From contig JAIVFI010000032.1 of assembly GCA_025558095.1 (NCBI GenBank), positions 310,001 through 374,000 on the forward strand: 64,000 bases of DNA. The letters run 5' to 3'. The notes beneath the pieces are model-generated. The model saw nothing but the letters and a program-made list of their open reading frames with translations. It searched no databases and was not told the origin of the DNA. The DNA comes from Hyaloraphidium curvatum SAG 235-1 (Eukaryota > Fungi > Monoblepharomycota). How positions within the stretch are numbered: position 1 is the stretch's first letter; each line of letters starts with the position of its first letter. This document shows, piece by piece, positions 54,816 through 64,000 of the stretch. A program made the position numbers and the translations under genes.

Positions 54816-56102
54816 TCATGGCCTTGGAACCACCAGGAACGCCCACACCGGCCTCTCCGGCGGCTTCCCCAACCCGCTCAGTGCCTGCTGCGCCGCCAAA
54901 GCGGCCTCGGCCTGGGCTTCGAACCGCCCCGTGAGCATCGCCGCCCCGACCGCGTGCGCCGTCCTCGCGTGCGCCATCGCGCCCGGCCCCGGCCCGGGGA
55001 CCCGCGGCCGGATCTCCTTCTCGGCCTTGCCGCGCGCCGGTTCGACGCAGAGTCCGATCGAGCCCCGGAGGATCGCGAGCGCCTCCTTCTCGTGCGCCGT
55101 CAGCCGCGCCGTGGGCCCGAATGCCGAGGCCAGCCGCTCGGCTGTGTGCCCGTTCTGCAGGAACATTGGCTTGAGGAAGGACGGGTCCCGCCGCCCGGCA
55201 GCCACGGCGGCGACGTACACGGTCGTCCCGGCGTGCAGCTGGTCGCGGAAGCGCCGCTCGCCGGGGCCGGCGAGCTCGGCGAGGTAGGGCAGTGAGACCC
55301 GCTGCGAGTGCAGCCATGCGTGCACGGCGAGACATCGGCCGAGGAGCTTGTCGAGGTCCGGTCCGCGGGCGGGATCGTCGCCGGCGGCGTCTTCCAGCAC
55401 GGGATGCCAGGGGTTGGCGCGCCACGCGAGGGGGGCCTTGAAATCGTCGTCGTCGGAATCGATCTCGACGACCAGGCACGACGGGAGCTTGGCGTTGGGC
55501 GCCCGCCAGGCCCAGGCGAGCGAGATGAGCGCTCCGGCTCCCATCTGCACGATCGCCGTCGCAGCCGTGGAAAAGGCCTTGATCTGGGCATCGACCTTCA
55601 TCTTCCCCATCGCGGTGCCCGACTCCTCCCTGGCCTTTGAAGCCGCTTTGCATTGGGCCTTGTGGGCGTCCCAGTCGGCTTTCTGGCATTCGGGTCCGCA
55701 GTAGAATGCGCCATGACACCGCGAGCAAGCTTTGAGCTTCTGCGACGCCTCGGGCGCCTCGGCACCCAACCAAGCCTGTCCTGCAGCACCCGCGGCGCGT
55801 AGATGCAGGTTGTCGTGGCGCGTGGCCTGGGTCGGGCACGACGGGTTGCGGCACATGGCAACAGCCGCCGAGGCGGCAAGGAGGTTGTCCGTGCGCGACT
55901 GCTCCGCGGCGTTTCTCGGGGGGAGGGCGATGACCGTCGTCCGCGGCCCGCCGGTGTCGGCCGTGCTCGGCGCAATCAGCTCCAGGGCCGCGAGCGGCTC
56001 CAGCGCGTCGCGCTGGCCCAGTGACAGGGCCGCCAAGTCGCGGGGAACGCGGCCCGATGCTCGCCTTATGGCCCCCTCCTCCGCGGGCGACACGTGCGCC
56101 AT
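54816..56102 (-). CDS. MYND zinc-finger protein
   Basis: CRNPSC...(insert)...KLKACSRCHGAFYCGPECQKADWDAHKAQC. Confidence 0.85.
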   Translation of the reverse strand: MAHVSPAEEGAIRRASGRVPRDLAALSLGQRDALEPLAALELIAPSTADTGGPRTTVIALPPRNAAEQSRTDNLLAASAAVAMCRNPSCPTQATRHDNLHLRAAGAAGQAWLGAEAPEASQKLKACSRCHGAFYCGPECQKADWDAHKAQCKAASKAREESGTAMGKMKVDAQIKAFSTAATAIVQMGAGALISLAWAWRAPNAKLPSCLVVEIDSDDDDFKAPLAWRANPWHPVLEDAAGDDPARGPDLDKLLGRCLAVHAWLHSQRVSLPYLAELAGPGERRFRDQLHAGTTVYVAAVAAGRRDPSFLKPMFLQNGHTAERLASAFGPTARLTAHEKEALAILRGSIGLCVEPARGKAEKEIRPRVPGPGPGAMAHARTAHAVGAAMLTGRFEAQAEAALAAQQALSGLGKPPERPVWAFLVVPRP

Positions 56103-56371
56103 GGTGCCAAGGATTCCCGACCAGCGTCGCGACAACGGCCGTCTGATCGTCCGGGGGTTCGCGGGGGTTCGCGAGGGTCGGTCGAGTCAGGTCGCACTTC
56201 CGGGTGCCCAGGCGATTCCGCTGCGCTCCAATCGAGCGAGATCGGAATCCAAGGAGCTCTGGGCACCCTCCTAAGGCGAGATTAAGCCGGTCCGACCGGG
56301 GCCGACGCCGTTCAGGGACGTACGCGGTTTGGTGTCTCAGCCAGCCGCGGCGGGGCAGCGAGCGGGACGCC

Positions 56372-58427
56372 ATGAGGGCCGGGCGGGCGCTGCGGCTCGG
56401 CGCGCTCTTCCTGCTCATTGCCGGGGCGACGTACGCGTGGTTTGCCGGCCTCGTGCCCGATTTCTGGCTCCGGCCGGCGGGGCACCCCGGACCGCCAACG
56501 CCCACCGTCGCGTTGGAAGCGCGAGGGAACCCCGAGGAACGGCCACTAGGACCGTCCCGGGCAGCGCCATTTCCGACGGCCTTCGTTGCCGGCGTGCCCC
56601 ATCCCGGGATACTGCGGACAAAGGCGCCTGCCGCGTCTCCAACGCCGGCCTTTGCGCCTCTCCTCCCCGAGCCGGTTGCTCCGCCCCCGGTGCCTCAGCC
56701 GAACCCGAATCAGCCCTGTGTATACCACAACTTTGTTCTGGCCGTGAAGACCGGCGCGGAGACCATGAACTCGCGCCTCCAGATGATGCAGGACGTCTGG
56801 CTCTGGCCAGGGCCCTGGTGCAACGTCGTCGCGCTCACGGAACGCTTCCCGGCCAACGATTCCTTGCTCGGGATTGCGCCGGGGGAGGACGAAAAGTACG
56901 TCAGAACGCTGGGCTGGATGACGGTCATCGACGTCGTCACCAAGCGGACAACGGCTGGAGAGACCGCCGGGGACGCCGGTGGCAAATCTACCGCCGCGGG
57001 AGGCGCCGGGCCCGCGGATGGGGACGCAGTGAAAGGGGTGAACACCATCCCTCGTCGGAGACCCCGAATCCGAAGGCGCGGAATGGACGACTCCGCAAAA
57101 GGGGGCGTTGCCGTGGACGGTGCCTCAAAGGGGCACGACGGCGACACAGCAGTCGCCGATCCTCCTGCTGACGCCGCGGACGACGCAGCTCCTGTGCTCC
57201 GCAAGGCAGGGGGCACGGAGCAAGGCTGGGCCGACGACCAGGACAAGTTCCTGCCCGGATTCGCGGAGCTCTGGAGACGCTTCCCCGGCGTCCACTGGTG
57301 TAAGTGGTCCGGCGCTGCCTGAGGATGTCGCTGCTCACACTCCTTCGCCAGTTTTGATGATCGATGACGACACGTACCTCCACATGCCGACCCTGGTCCA
57401 CCTCCTCCCCATGTCGTCGTTCGCCGACCCGGACAAGCCCACCTACCTCGGCTCGCAGCACTGGTACAGCGGCTGCCCCGACTCGAAGCGCCCGAAACGC
57501 GAGGGAGAGGAGAACGACAGCGGTGGCTTCAGCGTCGGCGGCGGCGGCATCCTCCTCTCGCGCGCCGCCCTGCGCAAAATGCTCGTGATCGTCAGGGGCT
57601 GCATCGAGGACCTCGCCGGGTGCTGGGCCGGCGACGTGCGCACGAGCATCTGCCTGCGCCGCGCGGGGGTCGACCTCTCGGCGATGGACAACGCTGGGGA
57701 GGGCGGGTTCTGGGCGGACTGGAGCGAGAACGTGGCACGGTGGCCGCAGGGCTCGCCCTGCGACCCGCTCATCACGATCCACCACGTCGTCGACAGATCG
57801 CAGCTGGAGCGGCTCGGCGACCTGGGGAGGGCGGTGCCGCTGGATAGGATGTTCACCATGGCCGCCGCTTATCCGGCGGTGCAGAGGGACTCGGACAGGG
57901 AGGCCATGGCGGTGGAGGAGGGCACGGTGCGGCGCCATGCGATGCGGAGGGGCTTCGCGATCTCCAGCGGGCCGCCATCCGCAGCATCCAAGAACCTCGG
58001 CGCTGGCAAGCTCAGGGTGCTGCTGAGCAACGGCACCCTGCCCCTCGGGGCCGAGGATTTGGCCGGGCTCGCGGCCCGCGGGATCGACGCCTCCTCCGCG
58101 CTGGCGTGCCACGCCGCGTGCGTTGCGAACACCCGATGTTCCACATGGAACCTCTCGCCCGACCAGACCTGCGTGCTGATGGCCGCCCTCGGGCGGCCGG
58201 TGGGCGCCAACGGGATCCCGGATCCGAACGCGGATCCGCCCTCCGATCCGGGTACCGAGGCGTCGAAGGAAGAGTGGGAGGGCGGGTGGACCGGCATGGT
58301 GGACGGGGCGGTCGCGAGGTGGCTCGAAGGGGGGAGGAGGTGCCCTGCCGCGCCGGATTGGCCGCAGTGGAGGGCGGAGGGGGGACGGTGGGGAGGCCAG
58401 CACGATGTCTTCAGCCCGGCTGATTAG
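56372..58427 (+). CDS. GT31 (Fringe/core-1 galactosyltransferase-like) glycosyltransferase with C-terminal PAN/apple-like Cys module
   Basis: N-terminal TM, LAVKTG..T...RL, GWADDQDKFLPG, HWFLMIDDDTYL (across intron 57300-57351), GGGGILLSRAAL, CWAGDVRTSICL, ITIHHV; CHAACVANTRCSTWN near the C-terminus. Confidence 0.88.
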
Positions 58428-58764
58428 CATGGAAGCTATGGAAGGAAGATAAAACAAGATCCGTGAAGATTGAAACGAACCGTGATCCACGTCAAATCTC
58501 GTATTGGAGCTTATCCAAAGCCGGTGTCAGCCATCATCACGCCTGGGAGCTTCGGAATAGATACATGAACGAAGAACGCGTCTTAGTTCTCCATAGAATC
58601 ATGTCGTTTTCATGAACGGACGTGCCAAAGCTTTCGGTGCGGGGCTCCAGAATCCGTTTTCCCTCTGTGTCTGGTCCCTTTGGACCCAGCTGCCCTCCGC
58701 CCAACACCGCCCGCGGCTTTGCTGGCGCCACTCGGTCCTCACCCTGCTCTTCCCCATCCTGACC

Positions 58765-59039
58765 ATGGCCCGCCTCTCTTTGCTCTTTGTGGCCATTGCC
58801 GCTCTCCTCGGCTGCCTCGCCGCGCCCGTCGCGGGGCAGGCCTTTGTCACCATCATCGGCTACGGTACTCCCAACTGCACCGGTGGGGCGGGCATTTGGG
58901 CCGCTTTTCCGAGATCTAACTTCTGACGACACCGTGGCCGGTCTCCTACGCTCGCTGCTACCCAGGAACTGTCATTGGTGCGTCCACCATTGCCTGGGAC
59001 GTTGGGCCCCCACCGGGGGGACGCTAATCACTACTGCTA

Positions 59040-59076
<37 letters not shown>

Positions 59077-59814
59077 CAGGATTCGGCACGGGATTGTTCC
59101 CCAACGCCACCAACTGCTCCGACCCCAATGTTCTTCCGTTCATTACCGGGGGACGGTGCCAAACTGGGTCCCTTCCGGGAACGAGCAATACTACGACGTG
59201 CTCGAACACTGCTCCCTCCAACATGTGCGTTTGCTGGGCCCTACTTTTCTGCTCTGCCTCATTCCGTCCTGCCGTTGCTCTATAGCACCGTTCCTTCGGG
59301 AGCGTCGGGAGACTACGTTCTGGGGACACTCTGTAAGCGGACTTGGACAACTAGGCATAACAGCCTCTGAAACATGTGATCTGCCACAGACGAAGGCTCC
59401 AGCTGCAACAGAAGCGCCTGGGGCAGCCAGCAGGCAGTTCGTTCGGGCCTCTGCACTCCCACCGACCTGGCACCCGGAGCGTTCACCCTCTCGAACTGCA
59501 ACGGCACTGACGGCCTCATCACCGTGTTTTCGGACAGCAACTGTTCCACCCCGCTTCCTGTAGTCCCGCCGATCAGTGTCGGATCCGGGTGCACGAACGT
59601 CTTGGGACTGTTCTCAATCACCGGAGGTGGGATCGAATCCCTGGCGGCACAGCGAATCAGCTGACTCCTTCCGCTGCGATCGCAAGGATGCCTGAAAATC
59701 AACAGCACCGTCATCACGACCACCACGACGAGGCCCGCATCCGCCGGCCGCGTGGGAGTGGGGGCCATGGGGGCCCTGGCGGCAGCTGTCGTCGGAATGA
59801 TCACCCTGTTCTAA
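58765..59814 (+). CDS. Small secreted, probably GPI-anchored Cys-containing protein, multi-exon
   Basis: Signal peptide MARLSLLFVAIAALLGCLAAPVAG; repeated aromatic-x(3-5)-NC-S/T motifs (YGTPNCT, FPNATNCS, FSDSNCS); Thr run and hydrophobic tail GVGAMGALAAAVVGMITLF. Internal exon boundaries uncertain. Confidence 0.7.
59044..59073. repeat. (TC)15 microsatellite in an intron polypyrimidine tract
   Basis: Read directly; just upstream of a CAG acceptor at about 59079. Confidence 0.92.
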
Positions 59815-59966
59815 GTCATGACGGACAGAAGTGAAAGGAGGAGCAGTTGGATCAAACTCAAGTTGCGGGAGACGATATATATGGGAATAGCGACACAGTC
59901 AGACGTTCAGATCCGCTTCCTCGGTCCACCTTGCACCAGATCCTCCTACCCCACCCGCCACACCCC

Positions 59967-62900
59967 TCAATGGGTCGCCGCGTTCCACATCCTGAAGTAG
60001 TCCCCGTGATGCTCCAACAGCTCCGCGTGCGTCCCCTCCTCGACGACGGCGCCCTGGCGCACCACAAAGATGCGGTTGCAGCCGACGACCGAGGGCAGGT
60101 CGTCCGTTGTGCGGAGCACGGTGCGCCGGTCCGCCGCCGCCAGGAGTAGCCGCGCGAGCGCGGGATCGGAGGACGGCTCGGCGGGATCGTCGACGAGGAG
60201 AAGCTCCGGGTCGCGGATGAGGGCGCGAGCTGAGCAATCGGGTTGTCAATGGCGGATGCGGACGGCAGCGGCACCAAACACCCACCCAGAGCCATCCGCT
60301 CCGCCGACTCGCCATCCAACTCCTTCCCGCCCGGTCCGAGCACGGTCTCGTATCCACCGACCGCCTGTATCGCGTCGTGCACCCCCGCGGCCCCGGCCGC
60401 GGCCATGATGCTCTCGGGCGTCGCATCCGGCATCCCGTACGCCACGTTGTCCGCAGCCGTGCCCGAAAACACGGGCGCATCCCGGTCCCAGAGCGCCGTC
60501 ACGCGCGCACGCATGAACCGCCCATCCCAGTCGCGCACGTCGACGCCGTCCAGCACGATGCGGCCGTACGAGGGCTCGTACAGGCCAAGCACGAGGGCGT
60601 GCAGCGCGCGGCGCTCGGCGTGGGTGGCGCCAACGACGGCCACGTGCTCGCCCGGGTGCAGCGAGAGCGCGAAGCCGCGGAGGACGTCGGCGCCCGTGTC
60701 GGGGTCCGTGTACGCGAGGTCCGCGATCTCGAGGCTGCCGGAGGGAGCGGCAGCCTCGCCCATGTACCGCCGGCCCTCGGGTTGCGGCGGGCTGGGGGCC
60801 ATGATGAGCGCGACGGTGGCCAGCGCGCGCCGCGAGGCCTCGAGCACGTCGCCGACGGCAGGCAGCTGCCCCGACGCAGTGCCACAAAAGGCCGCGAGCG
60901 CCCAGATGATGGCGATGTTGAGGAGGGAGTACTCGAAGGGCCGGAGCAGCGAGGCCGCGTACCACCAGAAGAGCGCCTGGAAGAAGTAGAGCACGCCCTG
61001 GGCGAGCCCGTGGGCCGCGGCGGCGATCCCCCGGCCGAGCTCGGTCGACTCGGAGACGTCCTTGAGCGAGGCCTTGTACCTCGCGAGCACCTTGTCCTCG
61101 AGCCCGTACGCCGCCACCGTCCTCCACGCATCTACGGCCTCGGCGACCAGCCCGTCCGCCGCCGCCACGCCCGAGGAGAGCACCTTGCCCGCGCCGCCGG
61201 AGAAGTACCGCTCCACCGCGCCGAGGATGGCCACGGCGGGCACCAGCGCCCACGCCACCAGCGCGAGCTTCCAGCCGCACAGCATGGCCCACACAAAACC
61301 CCCGATCGCGGTCGAAAGGAACCCGACGAGGTTCCCCCACGCTCCCGTCGCCGCGCCCCGGATCTTGGGCGCCTCGGCCGACAGCGCGCGCATCACCTGG
61401 GCGGGTGAGTGCTCCTGCATCGAGAACCACGCGAGCTCGTGGGCCAGCGCGGCGTCGAACGCGCGCTTGCGCACCCGCATCGTCAGACGCTCCCCGGCCA
61501 GCTCGAAGCAGAGCACCTTGGCGTAGAAAGCAACCCCCTCGAGTGCGGCGACGTTGAACACGATCAGGGACCAGAAGTTGGCCCCCGCGGTCACGTCCTC
61601 CGGATCGGGGTCCGTGTAGACGAACAGGAGCTGTCCGAGCACGACGGCAAAGAGCACCACCACCATGCCGCCGAACAGCGACGCCGCGGTGCCGCCGGCG
61701 AGCACCCCCGCCTCGGGCCGGGAGAGCTTGAACACGTCCAGGAGGGAGAAGCTCGGCGCCGGGCCGCCGGCGACCTCCTCGTCCGCGCGCACCTGCACCT
61801 GCGCGGGGGCGGCGCCGGCGCCGGGCGCGAGCAGCATCTGCTCCTCGCCCTTGCCCGCCTCGGAGCCCTGCGGCGTGGCAGACTCGCCGTCCTGGGGGGT
61901 CGATTCCTCGTCGTCCCAGTCCGAAGTCGGAGTGGGCGGCTTATCCCCGCCGAGGCGGCCGGTGCGGCGGAGCTGCGGCGTCTCCGGGGGCCGCGAGGCG
62001 AGCAGCGAGAGGTGCGACGAGGGATCGGCGAGAAGAGCGTCGTACGAGCCGCGTTCGGCCACGCGGCCGCCGGCAAACACGGCGACGGCGTCGCACAGCC
62101 GGAGCGCATCCGTGCGGTGGCTGCGGAGGAGCACCGTTGGGCGGCGGCCAGGCCGCCGGACGACGTAGCGCAGCAGCTCGAGCTCCTCCTCGGCTGTGAG
62201 GTGCGGTACGGGGTCGTCGAGGATCAGGATCTCGGGGTCCTTGTAGAGCGCGCGGGCCACCGCGATTCTGAGGGTCACCACAGCACGTTTCCAGTCAGAA
62301 GACGTTCACCTGACTGCGCGCCGCGCTCGAACCCACCTCTCCCTCTCACCCTCCCCGAGCACCCACACGCTCGTCCCCGCCCCCCTCGGCAGGCTCCCCA
62401 CCACCTCCCCCATCCCCACCGCCGCCAAACACTCCTGCACCCTCGCCTGGTCCGGCGCCTCGGTCCCCCCTCCCAATCCGTCGGCCACCGCCTCGGCCAC
62501 GCTCCCCGTCAGCAGCGGCATCCCGCCAGCCGCCAGCGACACGGTCCTCCGGCGGAGATGGGGCACGTCGTACGACGCCAGCTCGACGCGGTCGACCCAC
62601 GCCCTTCCCGCCTCGGGATCCGCCAGCCTCACCAAGATATCCGACAGGGCGCGCATCTCCTCGCCCCCGACGATCCCCAAAACCTCCCCCCGCGCCACCA
62701 ACAGATCGCACGCGTCGAGCCCCGGCCGCAGCGCGATCCCCTCGAACGCAACCTCCCTCCCACCCCCGCCGGGCACCGGCTCGGGCACGAACCCGCCCAT
62801 ATCGCTCCCCGTCGCCCCCACTATGCGCTCCTCGGCGAGCGCCACCAGCCCCGCCGCCGCCCTCCTCCCGGTCTTGATCTCCGCCAGCCGCCCGCGGAAC

Positions 62901-63964
62901 CCTTGCGCGGCCGAAAGCCCGGCCGCGGCGCAGGCAAACACGCACAGCGCGGTGCCGGCGGACAGCTGTGCCGAGGAGGCGAGGGTGCCGGCGTACCATG
63001 CGGCGAGGGCGAACGAGCCGATGAGGAGGAAGCCGAAGACGGCGCGGGAGAGGGCGTGCCTGTGCGCCGCGCGTTCGGAAAGCAGGCTCGCGCCGCGGAC
63101 AAGGGTGTCGAAACGCGCCGAGGCGGCGGGCTGCGCGTCGGCGGAGAACACGGGGAGCAGCGAGGTGAAGGTCCTCAGCGCGTGCGAGGCGGCGGCGCGC
63201 AGGGCGGCGACGGAGGTGCGCGCTGCGCCAGCGGCGGAGCGGGCGAGGAGGAAGGTGACGGCGAATTGGAGGGGGACCAGGGCAAAGATGACGAGGGCGA
63301 GGCGCCACGAGCGGAGGAGGGCGACGGCGAGGGTGGCGATGCAGGTGGACGCGAGGGCGATGATGGAGGGGTACTGCAGGAGCGCCTTGCGGTAGAGCGG
63401 TGGGTCCCTGCGATGCGGAATCGAAGTGAGCGGAAATTGGGGACCGGCGGCGGTTGAAGCCCACCTCGAGAGAACGGTCCGCCACGCACGCTCACTCCCG
63501 TCGCGCCATCCCCCCAGCGACCCGATGGCGAGCAGGTGCGCCACCACGCGCCTCCGCAGCTCGCGCTCCTTGTCCATCGCCCACTGCTCCCACATCCATT
63601 TCCCCACGCCCGCCGCTATGGCCGCGCCGGCGCCGATCGCCGCCAAAGCCCACGCGATGTAGTTGATCTGCTGGTTGAAGGGCAGCACGGGCAGCCTGCC
63701 CAGGGAGTACTTTGCGAGCAGGTCGAAGGCCAGCCCCGCGTAGAGCGCCAGGATCGCCGGGAGAGCGCCCAGGGCCACGGAGAGGATGGTCGGGATCACG
63801 GGCGGCAGCGGCATCTTTGACCAGGGCAGCGGGTCCGGCAGGCCCAGCTTGGCGGCGGCGGGGCCGGCGGGGATCAGCTCCTTGATGCCCTTCAAATTGA
63901 GGGCGGGCATGGAGGGCAGCGAGGGCAGCGACGGCAGGGCGGGGAGCAGCGGCAGCTCGATCAT
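59967..63964 (-). CDS. Full-length ABCB/MDR-like transporter (TMD-NBD-TMD-NBD) with degenerate NBDs
   Basis: SWRLALV and GWKLALV, ELAGERLTMRVRKRAF, ELAWF, RTVAAYG, RIAVARALYKDPEILILDD, ARALIRDPELLLVDD, VVEEGTHAELL; at least three introns; stop at 59967-59969. Confidence 0.88.
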
Positions 63965-64000
63965 GGGACGGGTGGCCTGGCTGCGAGCCGTGGGCGGGGT

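Noticed and set aside
1-64000. Prokaryotic or phage origin, operons, defence islands
   Set aside because: Spliceosomal introns restore conserved motifs in many genes, and ORC3, kinesin, an SM protein and GT71 are eukaryotic.
1-64000. tRNA, rRNA, transposon or telomeric repeats
   Set aside because: No cloverleaf, rRNA-like segment, transposase/RT/integrase motif, LTR or TIR was seen by eye; small ncRNAs or MITEs could be missed without Infernal or RepeatModeler.

Overview
This is GC-rich, gene-dense eukaryotic DNA, not prokaryotic. Many genes are split by short (mostly about 50-85 nt) GT..AG introns with CTGAC/CTAAC-like branch sites, and splicing them by hand restores conserved motifs. Gene content (ORC3, SCFD2, GT71, fungal-type GH26, GPR1/FUN34, TKL kinase-Sel1, many F-box-like and MYND genes) points to an early-diverging zoosporic fungus; a Monoblepharidomycete such as Hyaloraphidium is my unverified guess. 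I can support about 35 protein-coding genes. I found no rRNA, tRNA, CRISPR array or recognisable transposon. Best leads: (1) two paralogous 7-TM proteins with the topology of the insect Or/Gr-GRL-DUF3537 (7TMIC) ion-channel superfamily plus a conserved Cys/His loop, a candidate undescribed fungal chemoreceptor family; (2) an intronless, prokaryote-type GH57-like glycoside hydrolase; (3) a full-length ABCB/MDR-like transporter with both ATPase domains degenerate; (4) a CLC with GEGIPE/GKEGA in place of GSGIPE/GKEGP; (5) a secreted triple knottin-like protein next to a GPI-anchored protein with an unrecognised Cys repeat; (6) an F-box-like family including a tandem pair; (7) bacterial-like enzymes ending in PTS1-type tails; (8) a 1-nt frameshift in an AVT1-like transporter. 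All family calls come from motif recognition by eye; no searches were run. Coordinates of spliced genes span start codon to stop codon, introns included.
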